Part shown: one piece after another, positions 19,722 to 34,258 of the stretch
Layout: each line of letters starts with the position of its first letter
Numbering within the stretch: position 1 is the first letter of the stretch
Assembly (NCBI GenBank): GCA_030141605.1
Contig: JAQGDQ010002392.1
Location: forward strand, 62,001 to 126,000
Length of the DNA: 64,000 bases
Reading direction: 5' to 3'
From: Tubiluchus corallicola
Lineage: Eukaryota; Animalia; Priapulida
Notes under the pieces: generated by a model
The model's input: the letters and a program-made list of their open reading frames with translations, nothing else
What the model was told of the DNA's origin: nothing
Databases searched by the model: none
Program-made: the position numbers and the translations under genes

Positions 19722-22700
19722 TTACTGATTATATATCAACAAAATCTCTCCCGTTTTCATAAATCTGGTATCATTCTCAAATTTACCTTCAGCCTTCCAG
19801 ATATAAACACCCTCTGGCAACAATCTTCCATTATAGTATCCATCCCACCCAATGTTTATATCTTTTGTTTGAAATACCAATTGCCCCCATCTATTATATA
19901 TATACAAACGATACTCTTTGACATCTCTGGCAACTGGATAAAAAACTTCGTTAGAAACATCATCTTTCTGGTATGCTCCACCACTACCTCCAGATAAATT
20001 AGGAGTAAATGAATTAGGAAATACAATATAACCACCTGCCCTTACTTCTACAAATTGCTCTTTAGACAATGAATCTACGCATCCTTTTTCTGTCTCTATT
20101 GTCAATTTTATATCAAAGATGCCTGATTTTTGATATATGTGAATAGGATTATCTTGTGTAGAAGTATTTCCATCTCCAAACTCCCAGAAAGACTTACCTA
20201 CATTAGTTGATAAGTTAAGAAAACGAACTTTTGTGTCATTTTCGTATACCTCCTGAGGGGTAGCATCGAAGTTTACAACTGGTTTATAAAATACATCCAC
20301 TTCTTGTTGTGTTTCTGTATATATATCTTCTTTATTATAGGAACCTAATTTCACGATATAAATTCCTCCTTCTGTATAGGTATGTATTGGATTTCTTTCT
20401 GAAGAAGTTGCTCCATCTCCAAAATCCCATATGAAATTATCTGCATTTTCCGACGTGTTATTAAACCATACTGTAAGCTCTGCACAACCTTCTGGTTCTT
20501 CTGGAGTAAATTCTAAAGTTGGAAGCTGTGAGTAAAATATTTTCACAGTATCACTTGATATACAGTTATTGTTATCTATTGTCCAAATAAATGAATTTAC
20601 CCCCACATTCAAGTTAAACACCTCTGTTTCATAATTATTAGGTGCATCTATAACAATATCTGCATTTAAAGTTGTCCAAATTCCTGTATTCTCTGGAACA
20701 AAGTTAGCTCTTAACATTACTGTTGGCTCTGTTACAAGTCTATCTTCCCCTGCATCAACCGCTGCTTTATTACTTGTTATTGTAACAAGATCACTCGAAG
20801 AACAATCTCCATTACTAATAGTCCATTCTATAATATTCTCTCCATAATTTATGTCATATGCCATTGTATTAAAGACACTGCGGTCTTCAAATTTCATACT
20901 ACCTCTTACGACATTCCATTCTCCTTGTTCTCCTGCATCTGGAGGGTTACCAAACAATTGCGTTTCTTCAGCACATAGAGAAAGTTGGTCCTCTCCTGCA
21001 TCAGACACAACAGTAGAATTATTTGTTATCACTACCTCATCATATACGCTACATCCATCTGGTGAACTTACTTCCCATCGGAATGTATTAGTGCCTCTTG
21101 CAATACCTGAAACTTTAGTAGTATATTGATCATCATCAGCAATTGTTGCAGAACCTCCTACTACTGTCCATTCGCCTGTAGAATTGGAAGTAGGCGGAAT
21201 AGCTATAGCTGATAATGTGGAAATATCAGAACATATTCTCTTATCAGCTTCTACTACTGCTGGTGCTGGAGCATAGCTTGTAATAGTTAGAGTATCATAT
21301 GACGAGCATTCTTCTTTAGTTACACCCCACCGTAACACATTATCTCCATACGAAAGGCTACGTACTATAGTTGAATTATCGTTCACATCGTCAAATCTTC
21401 CCTCGCTACTTATTGTTTCCCATTTTCCAATACCAAAAAGCGGTTCAACAGCTCTTAACTGGAATGTGTCGGCACATATTGTTTCATCAAAGCCAGCATT
21501 AGCATCCGAAGTTTTATTATTGGTTATTATCACTTCATCTACTGACTCGCACAAATTATGGGTAACTATCCACTGAAAACTATTATTTCCCAAAGCTAGT
21601 AAGTCCACCTTAGAATTAGGCAGACTTGGGTCTGCTACCACTGCTGTTGAAAGAGATTGCCATTCGCCTGTTCCTATTAGCGGAGGCTCAGCATTCAAAC
21701 CAGCTGTATCTGTACAAACACTAAAGTTAGCTCCTGCACTTGCCTCAGTAGGGGCATCATTGGTAATTGTTATATTATCTTCATCTCTACAGCTACCTTT
21801 TTCCATTATCCAGCGTATAACATTATCACCTTTTGCTAAATTTCTTGCAAAAGTTATAGAGGAATTAGGAGAGTCAAATTCTATCTCTCCTGAACCAACC
21901 CACGTTCCCTCGGCTCCACCCGATAGAGAATTATTAGCTTTCAGCGTTACGCTATCTTCGCAAATAGTTCTATCCTGGCCAGCATCTGCTACTACAGTGT
22001 TATTAGTAATAGTAATAGCATCGGTCGAATAACAAGTTAAAGTACCACTTGACTTACTAATAGTCCAGGTATAAATATTTTCGGTATTTCTTGCCAAGTT
22101 CCTTACCTTTGTATTATATAGATTTTCATCTACAAAATCCCCTGCTCCATTCGCTATTGACCATAAGCCTTGTTCTTCTCCTGGTGTAGGTTCATTAGCA
22201 TATAACACTATAGAATCTTCACATATTTCTACATCTATACCTCCACCTCCTGCATCCGCAACAGTAGGCTTATTGTTTACAACAATCATCGTATCCCGAG
22301 AAATACAATCTATATTCTTTATCTCCCACACAAGATAATTTTCACCTTTACGTAAGTTTCTTGCTGTTGTATTAGGCAAAGAGGGTTCATCAAAACTTGC
22401 TATGCCCAATCCACCTGCAACAGACCACTGACCCTCTCCAGGGAAAGGATTATTAGCTGTTACTGGTGTAAAATCTTCACAAATTGTAAAATCTACGCCC
22501 GTACTAGCATTTACATAGTTATAATTTATTACTACGTCATCATACAATGAGCAAGTTTTTGTATATGAACCTATTGTATCAGAATTATAACTTGTCCATC
22601 TCATAGTATTACTCCCCAATGCTAGGTCTCTTACCATAGTTGTAGCGTCATTTTTATCGTCAAAAAATGCCGTAGGACTAGTAGTAGTCCATTCCCCATA

Positions 22701-25700
22701 TGTTATATTTATGATGTTTCCTTGCATTTTCACAGAATCCTTGCATACTGCTAAAGTATCTAGTCCTAAAAAAGGAACATCTGGCAAACTATTTATTACC
22801 GTAGCCGTATCAGATGATGTGCAAGTATTATTGCCCTCTGAGAGAACTACTTCCCATACAAACTCATTTATCCCTTGCCTTATATTAGTGGCAGTATTTT
22901 CCTCAAAATCAGCTCCGCCTGAAGGAACTTTCCATTCCCCTTTTCCATAAACAGGTATTTCAACAGCCAAAGTCAGCTCATCGCTACACATAATAACTGT
23001 GTCTGGACTTGTAATAACAGCCTTACTAGGTTGCAAGTTTCGAACTACGAGCGTATCCTTAGAAGAACAATTATTATGACTTGTAGTCCATACAAATTTA
23101 TTTTCCCCTCTTTGTAAGTTATAAATCTTTGTAACATTAGTATCAGGATCGCTAAATGCTCCTGAACCAGCAATAGTAGTCCATCTACCCGTTCCTTTGT
23201 CCACTTTTCCAGCATACAGACCTGTGCTATCTTCACAAACTACTTTATCAGCCTCTACATTAGCAGCCGTTGGCATATCATTAATTATAACTACCGTATC
23301 ATATAGCTCGTATCCTGCTCCTAGGTCTATAGTCCACCTTAAAATATTAGAATCTGGCGCTAAACCATAAATTCTTGCATTATGGCTCTTGTCATCACCA
23401 TCTTCAAAGGAAACAGTTCCTTCTATCACACTCCAAAAGCCAAAAGTACCTGGAGGTGGTTCCGTTGCTTGCAGAACATATTTATCATCGCATATACTTA
23501 CATCGTTTCCTGCATTTACATCAATTGCTTCTCCTGCTTGGATTATTATTTCGTCGCTACTTTTACAACCACTTCTTTCTATAGTCCATTCCAAAACAGT
23601 AATATTCTTTCAAATCTGATACCTGTGTATCATGCTGTGTTTCGTCGCTAAAAGTTGCTTGCCCAGAAACAATTTTCCATTCTCCTGTTTCTATTCCAGA
23701 AATTGGGGGATTAGCCCGCATAGTCTCTACAGTACTTGGAGATATGTCAAGCATTCCATTATGATCAAGCTGGAATGTCCCCACAGCATCAGCAATAGTA
23801 GGTTTGTTGTTAGTTATTACAACTGTATCAGAGCTAAGACAACCATTTTTTGTTATTTCCCATTTATAAACATTTCTTCCTATGCCTGGACCAACAGTAG
23901 TATTATAAAGCGTATTATCGTCAAAATTAGCACTTCCAAATTGAACTGTCCATCTTCCTGTTGTTCCAGCAGGGGGCTCCATTGCATTAAGCTTTGTAGT
24001 ATTTGTACAAATAGTTTGGCCTTCTCCTGCATCAACCTTCAAAGCATTATTATAAATAACTACATCAGAGCTGTTTATACAACCTTCATTTTCTACCTTC
24101 CATCGTATCATATTTTCTCCGTATGCCAAATTAGATACCGTAGTATGGGTTGTATCAGCCCTAGGTGAGAAATCTCCTCCTCCTTTTATTATTTCCCAAC
24201 TACCCGAAGCTGAAGTTGATTGAGATTGGATATCAGGTGCAGCCAGATTGTAGGGAGCATCACATACTTCGGCATAGGAGGGAGTAACATCAACATTTAT
24301 AAACCTATTATCAATAATTACAGTATCTTGCGTTTCACAAGAACCATTATTTAAACCTACTGTCCAAATAAAGGTATTATCTCCCTGTCCTAAATTTTCC
24401 GCATCTGTCTCATTGTTAAAGTTATCCACAATATAAGCATTAGAACCTGCTCCCAAACTCCAAATTCCATAACTTTTATTAGTAGACAAAGCTCGTGCCT
24501 TCAAACGAACAACACTCCCATCACATACATAATCTGGATTATCAGGGGCGACATTTGCTTCATCATAATACACATACACAGAATCTAGATATGTGCATTT
24601 TTTTCCCACTCCCCCTTCCACTGTCCAAAACATTTTATTTGCCCCAATCTTCATATCTGTTATATTTGCCGTAGGTAAATTCTCTTCACCAGTAGCAAGT
24701 GTAACATTACCTTCAGCCACACTCCACGTTCCCAAAGCGGGTGAAGGGTCTAAAGCGTTTAATTGAAGTGTGTTTTGACACGAAAATATTGTATCTCCTG
24801 CCTCTACTGTTGTCTGATGGTTATACACTTTTACCGTATCTGTAGAGCTAAAACCATTTAGATTGACAGTCCACACAAAAATATTTTCCACTGATCCGCT
24901 AAGACCTGTTACCTTTACTTCGTTGTTAGCTGGATCTCCATCAAACATTCCGCCACCGTATGCTATTGTCCAAGAACCATTAGCTCCTGACTCAGCTGCT
25001 AATGGTTCTGCCCTTAACACTACTTCACCGTCGCAAACAGAGTCTTCTTTTACTAAAACTTTTGCTCTGTCATAGAAAACAAAAACACTATCACTATTTT
25101 GACAAGAACCATCTGTAATAACCCATTCTAACTTATGCTTTCCTGGACTAATATCAGAAACTATTGGATCAGGAATTTCATAGTCGCTCAATTTCAGAGA
25201 ACCTTGAACATTCCACCTAGCTGCTGAAGTTACTAATGATGGAGGAACAGCTCCTAGCTGCCCTGTTTGTCCTTCCCCACAAATATACAAGTCATTCCCT
25301 GCATCGGCAATCAGCTCCCTATTATAAACACCAATAGTATCAGCGGATACACAACCTCTATTATTACGTGTAAAAGCTATATCAGTTTCTCCTGGTAGCA
25401 AGATTACAGAATATACAGAATCGTTGCGGATAACCTCACTTTGTATACCAGCACCACCAGCTACAGACCAATCAGAAAAAACACCATTCACCTTTGGAGC
25501 CTCTGCTTTAATCACTATGCTTCCATCACAAATAGTGTCTACGTTCTTAAAAAGAATTGCTTGGTCGTGATAAATAGTATCATATGCTGTTGAATTACAG
25601 TTATCCTTGCTTACTTGCCAGCTGTAAACATTTGTACCAAACTCTATATCACTTACATTCGTCGTAGAAGCATTCATATCCTGAAAATTTCCTTTTCCAG

Positions 25701-28700
25701 TATGAATAGACCATTTACCAGTTTCATCTGGCTTTATAGGTTCTGCTTCTATTAAAGCATTGTCTTTACATATAAAAAACGGATTGTTATTTTTTATTTC
25801 AGCAGGTGTTGGTAGCTTATTTATTACAAGAACACTATCATAACTAACACAACTACCGTCTTGAATAGACCAACGCACAATATTTGTATCCTGATCTAGG
25901 TCAGAAATTCTAGTAGTAGGACTTTGGGAATTGCTAAATATTCCATTTCCCTTCGTAAAGTTCCAAATGCCTGTTATATTTGTTCCGCCATTGTTATTAG
26001 GAACAGAAGTAGCACTCAACACAGTATCCTCCTTGCAAAGCCATAAAATATCTTTACCTGCACTTGTATTACTATGTAGTGCATTATAAATATTTATAGT
26101 ATCACTAGCGGAACAACCTTTATCAGTAGTTACTTTCCACTCCAAAAGATTGCCAGTTTCCTCCTGTAAGCCAGTTACCAAAGCATCTGGTTTGTTTATA
26201 TCTGTAGGAGCAATAACACCCGTTCCTGTAAGCACTCTCCATTGACCCGTATCAGTAACAACTTGCAAAACTGCTGCTAATCTTAGAGAATCTGCACAAA
26301 CAATTTCATTTCCTCCTGAGATAACTTGAGGCAAAGGATTTACATTTATACTTCTAGTAGCAGAGTTTATACAGCCCGTTACATTATCCGTGTATCTATA
26401 AAATACATCAAATCCTCCTTGTGCTTGATTGTCAAACACTGCTTTTCCTGTTCCATCATCAGGAATAAAATAATTATAAGTAGAGGTAAACGTTCCTCCA
26501 TTAGGACTTCCTGTTATAGATATTGGAGCATCCCCAAGGCAAGAAGAAGACGGCAAATTAAAAGAAACTATAGGCAAAGTATTAACTATAACCCACTTAG
26601 AAACAGTATCAGCACATCCGAAAACGTCTTCATACCCATAAGTAATAATATTATTTCCTACTTTGTTGGGGGAGAATGTTGCACTTGTCGCATCTATAGG
26701 AGTTATTCCATCTCCCGAAAATTGCCCAATACTAACAGCAGGAGAAGATGAAGCCGTTATTACAACATCTTGTTCGCCCTGACAAAAATCACTTTTTAAA
26801 TTCAATATGGTTACTGTTGGCGGTTTTTTGACAATTATCGTCAATGTATCTTTAGAATCACAGCCAAATTCGTCTTTAATTTCCGCTATTACCTGATAGG
26901 TGCCATCCCTTGGAGGTGTAAATCGGATTGTATCTTTATCCCTTTCATTTGGCAAAGTTGTCGTAGAAGACCAGAAATATTCGAATGAAGAACTATTTCC
27001 AGTGGGAGATGACACAGTTAATAATAAATCTTGACAGACTCCCATACTTGTAGTATCTATATCTATACCTCTTACTGTTATTACAGCAATAGGCGATGGT
27101 TCTACATCAACGCTAACATTATCTGATGAGGTACAACCATACACATCTTCTACTTCAAGCGTAACAGAATAAACGCCCGGAGATTGAGCCTCAAACACAG
27201 GAACAGCCGAAGAACCACTACTTAGGTTATCTGTGGGGACCCACGAATAAGAGGCTATCCCCCCTGCTCCTCCTGTACTATTGTATCCATTCAATGTTAC
27301 TTGTTGGCACAAGCCTATAGTAGTATCTTTCTCTGCCACAGCCACTGGCTCTACGTCCACAAAAATAGCAACGCTATCTGTATCACGACAATCATATTCA
27401 TCCCTTAGTTCCAGCTGGTACTTGTACGTAGTATTGGCTGTTAATGCACTTGCATTAATGTTTACTTTTTCACCTTGATTTGAAGATAAGCCATTTGCTG
27501 GCGACCACGTATAAGATGGAGGATTGCTACCACCTGCCACAGAACCAGATGCATCTAATGTATCGTTACTACAAGAACCAATAGTCATATCTCTTCCTGC
27601 ATCTGCCACAGGAGAACGAGCTACAGATATTAACACGTCCCCAGAACTCACACAACCATAATCATCTGTAGCAGTGAGCGTAAGTGTAGTTTTTGAATTA
27701 TCCTGAGTAGGTGTAAATATAGCCCGCTCATCGTCGGCATTTGTCAAATTACTTTGGTCATGCGGCAAAGAAGCAGTCCAGTTCACAGTATAGTTCAAGA
27801 TAGAAGAAACATCAGGATTTAGTTGTAGATCTTCGCAAATACCCATATCTGTATCAATATTTCCCTTAGCATCTACTTCTGGGCGATTTACAATAGTTAT
27901 TTTAAAAAAACTACTATCAGCTTCGCCAAGGTTATCTACCACGGTAAGCTTGTATCGTATAGTTGTATCTTGTCGGTTATTAAAAACAACCTGATCCGGA
28001 AAAAACTCTGATCCGGAACCTGATGGAATCATATAATTAGTAGGGTACCAAAAATAAGACACAATATTTCCTTGAGAACCAGAGGCATCTAAATAAAATG
28101 AAGGGCTACAAGTTCCAACAGTAGTATCATTAAACTGAAAAGCTACAGGGGGATCAGGATTAATGGTTATGACCACGGTATCACTATCAGCACAATTATA
28201 CATATCTTTTACTTCCAAATAAAATTCATATGGACCAGTAATTCCTTGGACGGGCGAAAATTTAGCCTGTGCACCATTAGTTGGACCTATAAATTGTCCT
28301 TGCGTTGTTGGACTTTGCTGCCATTGAAATGTCAGGTTTTCTCCTGTAGAAAGTCCTCCGTCTAAATCTATCTGAGAAGAGCTACTTGGAATAAAATCGT
28401 CTGCACCTGCGTCAGCATTAGGAGCACTTCCCGCTACAACAAATAATTGGTCAGAAGCAAAGCAGCCTGTAGTGCTGTTTGTTCCTGTTAATGTGTATAA
28501 AGTAGAATTTCCCCCAGCTAAAAACATAGGCTCTTGAATATTGGGGTCTGACAAATTAGTAGTAGGAAACCACGACCATACATCAATATCATTAGACGCT
28601 TGTTGCGTTGTTAATTGCACATCCGAGCAAGAACCAGCACCTATAGTATCAGGATTAAAAACTATATTTGGTAATTGATTTATGATTATGTCTTTTGTTG

Positions 28701-31700
28701 TGTCATTCTGACAGCCATTATTATCTGTAAATGAATATGTTATTTGGTATGTTCCTGGATGAATTATATCTAAGTAAATAAATGCGGTACCATTACCGTT
28801 ATCATCAAAAGAGCCAGGTGAAGGGGTTGGGGTTATAGCAAAAGAAGTACCTAAAGCAGCAAGAGGCTGTCCTAATAACTTCACAGTATCAGGAAAGGCT
28901 GTAGCACAAAACTCCCATAAATTACTTTGCGTTAAAAAATCAACAGAAGGTAAAGGTTCTACTTTTACTGTTTTAGTTTCTTGGTTTGTACAATTTGTTA
29001 ACCCATCTGTTACCTCATAAGTCACTCCCAATGCTTGCCCCAGTTTATCGTCAGGAACGTTCTCAGGATAAAAAACTGATCCTATTACTCCTTCTCCACT
29101 AAAACTACCAGTAACGTTACCAGTAGGCTGCAATGGAATTTGACCATTATTCGTGCAAATGTTCAACAACTCAGCATCTGTCAAAGTATCAGGAGGATTA
29201 TGTACATCCATAAATTGAAAATGGGCATCAGGCGATCTTCTTACTGATGTTTGCTGTTCTTCGCTATTCGTACATCCTATAATATCTGTAAACGTATAAG
29301 TAATCTTTACAGTAGTGTCGGATTTATCTTCGAGGTCCACTTTTTTAGGGTCGAAAAACCCTCCGTTAATCCCTCCTGGTATAGGAGGGTCGGACGTAAA
29401 AGCCCCTCCCACATTACTAGGAATAAGAGTATCTACATCTGCAGTAGAACAATAATTACCCTTTAAGCCAGAAAAACTTGCATCTGGCAAATCGTGTACA
29501 ACTACTTCGAGAGTGTCGTATTCAAAGCAATTAGTCTGTGTTCCATTTATATCCAATTGATATTGATAGGTACACGTTATCTCATATATACCATCTATTA
29601 GTGGCTGAAATTCTGATTCTATAAAACCATTCACATAGAAAGTAACAGTTCCAGGACTTCCATCTTGATTGGATGTCAGAACAACTGAATTAGCAGGATC
29701 ATTACTCACACAATAATCATCCAAAAGACCTGTAATCTGTAAATCAACACCAACAGTAAAAGTAAAATTATCTTCTCTCAGACAGCCTGTTTGTGAATCG
29801 CTATAGTTAGCAAATAAGGTATAAGTTCCTTTATCTGCTATTGTTAAGTCAAAATATGCCGTATCCTCAGTAGCATTTACTGAAAAAGCAGGAGTAGGTG
29901 GTTGGATGGAAATATCTGCATATTCATATTGATCTGGCTGTGGAACCCCAAGCCGATTCTTTACTATTGCCTGAAACTCAAGCACTCCACTTGATGTATT
30001 ACAAAAATTGCCACTTGCTGTATCGCCAGTAATAACAACATTGTTCAAAGCAGTGGCATCATATAATATAACGGAAAATGTATCTGATGCACTACATCCT
30101 ATTTGATCCGTGAATACATAATATATATCGTAAGGTGTCCCTGCATTACTTTCACCTTTGTTAAGAGTAGCTGTGCCATCACCATGATCATCCAAGAGTC
30201 CGGGATCATCTGGATATACAGAGAATACTCCTGTCTCATTCTGTACCTGCGGTTGAAGATCTGCTATAATATCTACTGTTCCATTTCTGTCGCAGTACAA
30301 AGGCTCCAAGCCATTAATCTGTGGGCGTTGAACTACGTTTACTGTAACCTCCACTGTTTTATCATTTACACAACCCGTAGCAGTGTTTGTTACCGTTACT
30401 GTATAAGGATAAGTCTGTGGCATTGGAGGAGAGATAGATACTTGTGTAGAATCAGTATTACTACCAGTTATATAATCCGTAGGAGACCAACTATATAAAC
30501 AGCCTACATCCCTAGTAACGGTAAAAATTGCATCATCACCTTTACATATTGTTTCTCTCTCAGGGGATACTGAAAAGTTGGGTAGTTCGTATTCTTCTAC
30601 CGCTATATTGAAAATATTTAAAAGATTATCAGTATTGTTGCTGGGTCCTCTTTTTACTATATAGTCCCCAGCTGTCAAATTCGTCCATTTTATGATATTT
30701 CCCGGGTCTCCAGGTAAAGGAGGTTGTCCTACTGGTGCATCATTACTATAATACAAGTGATAGTCGTTGCCCGCAAGAGAGCCATCTATCTCTATCTCGC
30801 CAGTATTTTGTCCTTCACAAGTACCTTTTGAATCTATATTTTCAGTTGTAGGATCATTTACATATATCTCTATAGTTTGAGTAGATTCACAGCCCTCATC
30901 GCTTATTACTGTTACTTCATAAATATAAGGATCTGGACGAACAGCAAGTCCACTAATAAGCACCTTTGTTTTATTAGGAAGAAGATAACTAAGATTAGTA
31001 GTAGGCGACCAACTATAGGTATAATTAGACTCCACAGGACTAACACTAACTTCAAATTCTTGCTCTCCACCAGCAATAATTATTACACTTGTACCAGGGG
31101 ATACTACAATATTGGGGAGAGAATATCCATCAACCCGTATGTTGCCAACATGTCCAAGAACAAGATTCTCCACTGTATAATTATCCGCAGGTAAATCATC
31201 CCACCGTATATCGCCTCCATTTCCATCTAATGGAAGACCTATAGTCGAAGAGCCGTGCAATAACCGATATCGAAAACCATCGAAAGAATTTCGCACTATT
31301 ACTGCCCCATTATTATCTCCCACACAAGTAGCTTCTGAATCTAAAGTTTCTTGTGGATATTCATTTACACTTAAAGACACAGCCCCAATAGACGTACAGC
31401 CCATATTCGGTTCTTCAATTTCCACCAAATAAGTATAAGGCGTAGGCGAGACAGGAGGTTTTATTTCAACCGTAGAATTATTTACTGGTGTTGTAATATA
31501 ATCAGGAGGCGACCACAAATAAGTACAGTTAGTGCAATTATCAACACTAGCAGTAAATAATTGAGATTCTCCTCTCATAATAGTAGCACTTGCAGGATCT
31601 ACAGTAAATGTTGGAAGAGGTGAATCGTTAATAGTTACAGGAGCATCTATTGTACCTCCTATGTCATCTAATACTACGTACGTTCCTTCATCAAGATTAT

Positions 31701-31926
31701 TCCAAATAATAGGATCTCCACTAGGACTAAGTTGCGGTCCCCCCACATCATTACCATCTTTATTAAGCTGATAGGGTTTGGAAAAAATAGGATTGGTAAG
31801 AATAACCTTTCCTGTGTCTTGCCCTTCGCAATAATCTTCTGCAGACACGCTCTCTTGTTGAGCTCGCACCTGAGTCATATGCACAAATAAAAAGAGTGGC
31901 AAAAAAAATACAATCTTCCTGTACAT
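19722..31926 (-). pseudogene. Giant (~4,080 aa) T9SS type-B-CTD surface protein (Cys-containing Ig/PKD-like repeats, SprB-like adhesin), split by one frameshift near 23607
   Basis: ORFs 23563-31980 and 19722-23594 overlap and share the repeat AdAG.D...C....L.A..P..G.G.W....G...F......T.V..L..G.N...W. Signal peptide from ATG 31926, two PKD-like domains (WDFGDG, WEFGDG), and C-terminal FPNSFTPN...IYNRWGQLVF...WDG..NG..LPEGVY. Confidence 0.85.
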
Positions 31927-32396
31927 AAAAACTTTAAACGTAGATACAAAAAAATTCATATTCCTCAAATTAATTTCCACTGCTTACAATAGTATTAAAA
32001 TATATTATAAGTATGCTTCAGTGTGTTTATCCTCCGATCCCAAATTATATGTAAATATAAAGTATTATCTTGTATTTTACAACAAAAATATAATATTTTA
32101 TAAAAATTTAGTCTTTTTTAACACGCTTAGCTTTCCTGCACATTTAGCTTTAAATAAAACGTACAAATATACGAAAATATTATTTTCAAATCTCAAATTA
32201 TTTCGTTTATTTTTCAATATTTTTTGAAAAACAGCAAAAAAACAAACCAGCCCTATTTCATTCTAATATAGTTTAAATTCTATATCTATTTGAAAAATGC
32301 ATTTCTCTCATCTACACTTACTATATATAATAGGCAATTATATGTTTTTTGGGTAATGTATTCAATTGGCAGAAAATAACACACAATGTTAGTGCC

Positions 32397-32430
32397 ATTT
32401 CTAAATTTTGCTGTTGCAAAATTTAGAAAT
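32397..32430. other. Perfect 15-bp inverted repeat in the clpX-adhesin intergenic region
   Basis: atttctaaattttgc-tgtt-gcaaaatttagaaat. Confidence 0.6.
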
Positions 32431-32518
32431 CTCAAAGTACATAAAGTTACCTGTTTTGCAGGTATGACATGCTGCTTATTATTAGCTCCTAGCACATTAC
32501 CACTGCCTTTCCCCTATG

Positions 32519-32695
32519 TTCTTTGACTTGATACTTTTTTTTCCTTTACTTATTATATTTTATTCTCAAGTGGTATAAGTAAGCTCGCAAGTGCCTTTGA
32601 AGATAAAGTTGGCGAGCAAAAAATAAAACCTCTAAATGCTTTTGATGAAAAACTATGCTGTCGGCTTCTTCATCTCCTCAAAACTCGCCTTTTGC
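32519..32695. repeat. Dispersed intergenic repeat remnant related to 40424-40535
   Basis: 32645-32695 is an inverted near-copy of 40424-40476. 32581-32601 (aagctcgcaagtgcctttgaa) is a direct near-copy of 40515-40535. Confidence 0.75.
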
Positions 32696-32799
32696 TTGTT
32701 TTCTCTCAAAACCATCTAAGAGCGGTCTTTCTGTTTCGTAGAATTTTTAATTTTTAATTCAAAAAAATGATATCTAAGTCTTGCATTCCCTGCCCCTAT

Positions 32800-34020
32800 T
32801 TAAGAAGCCCGAAGCCTTCTCAAACGTTCACCATCAATTTTGGACTTGGCTAAATCTAAGGTAATATTTAGTTCTTTTGCTTTCCCCGAAGGCATCTCAA
32901 ACATTGCATCCATCATAATAGTCTCACATATAGACCTTAAGCCTCTTGCCCCTAACTTAAACTCAATTGCCTTATCTACAATATAGTCTAACACTTTCTT
33001 ATCGAAAGTAAGCTCTATGCCATCTATCTTAAACAACCTAATATACTGCTTGACAATAGAATTTTTAGGCTCTGTAAGAATTTTATGCAGTGTGTCTCTA
33101 TCCAAAGGATTTAGATAGGTAAGAATAGGTAACCTTCCAATAATTTCAGGAATCAAGCCATATGACTTTAAATCCTGCGGAGCTACATATTGAAGCAATT
33201 CTTTTTTATTGACATTACTATTCTTTTTTATAGAATTAAAACCAACTACTTGCGTATTCATCCTTTGTGCTACCTTCTTCTCAATACCATCAAAAGCTCC
33301 TCCGCATATAAACAGTATATTTTTGGTATTAATAGGTATCATTTTTTGTTCAGGGTGTTTTCTTCCACCTTGTGGAGGTACATTCACTACCGACCCTTCC
33401 AAAAGTTTTAACATACCTTGCTGCACACCTTCGCCCGAAACATCTCGCGTTATAGAAGGGTTGTCGCTCTTACGAGCTATCTTGTCTATCTCATCGATAA
33501 ACACAATGCCTCTTTGAGCAGCTTTCACATCGTAGTCGGCAGCTTGCAGCAAACGAGTAAGAATACTCTCAATATCCTCACCCACATACCCTGCCTCTGT
33601 AAGAACAGTTGCATCCACTATGGTAAATGGCACTTGCAACATACGGGCAATTGTCTTTGCCAACAAAGTTTTACCAGTTCCTGTTTCCCCTACTAATATA
33701 ATATTAGACTTTTCAATTTCAACATCACTGTCCTTTGAATCATTATTATCCTTCAATCTCTTATAATGATTATACACTGCTACCGAAAGATATTTTTTTG
33801 CCTCGTCCTGCCCTATTACATACAAATCGAGAAACTTTTTAATCTCCTGTGGTTTTAATAGTTGTAAAGTAGCGAAATCGAAATTATTTTTTAACTCCTT
33901 TTCGATTATCTCATTGGCTTGAACAATACAACTATCGCATATATGACCTGATATACCTGCTATCAAAAGGTTGGTTTCTTTTTTAGGTCTCCCACAAAAT
34001 GAACACTTATCCTTTTCCAT
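32800..34020 (-). CDS. clpX: ATP-dependent Clp protease ATP-binding subunit ClpX
   Basis: Zn-finger CSFCG...[43 protein letters not shown]. Likely start is MEKDK at 34020. Confidence 0.97.
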   Translation of the reverse strand: MEKDKCSFCGRPKKETNLLIAGISGHICDSCIVQANEIIEKELKNNFDFATLQLLKPQEIKKFLDLYVIGQDEAKKYLSVAVYNHYKRLKDNNDSKDSDVEIEKSNIILVGETGTGKTLLAKTIARMLQVPFTIVDATVLTEAGYVGEDIESILTRLLQAADYDVKAAQRGIVFIDEIDKIARKSDNPSITRDVSGEGVQQGMLKLLEGSVVNVPPQGGRKHPEQKMIPINTKNILFICGGAFDGIEKKVAQRMNTQVVGFNSIKKNSNVNKKELLQYVAPQDLKSYGLIPEIIGRLPILTYLNPLDRDTLHKILTEPKNSIVKQYIRLFKIDGIELTFDKKVLDYIVDKAIEFKLGARGLRSICETIMMDAMFEMPSGKAKELNITLDLAKSKIDGERLRRLRAS

Positions 34021-34258
34021 TAGCAAAAATTTATGATAAAATATTAACAAAAAACGTAGTGTGTCTATTTACTTAACACTACTATAATTATAAAAAACGT
34101 AATTTTTAGAATATAATTTTGCTGTTGAAACAGCAAAATACTTATTTAGCTTAATTTTTAATTCCTACAACCCGAAAATCATATGCTAAAAAGAGTATTT
34201 GTGCTATAAAGGATAATTACTTTATCAAATACATTGGAGCAGCTAATATATAGTTTCC

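Noticed and set aside
23563-23620. Programmed ribosomal frameshift in the giant adhesin
   Set aside because: It would need a +1 shift. There is no canonical slippery heptamer or evident stimulatory structure, and repeat spacing points to a 2-bp deletion.
32286-32495. 69-aa ORF upstream of the adhesin
   Set aside because: No motif or signal. It overlaps the palindrome and repeat remnants and is probably non-coding.
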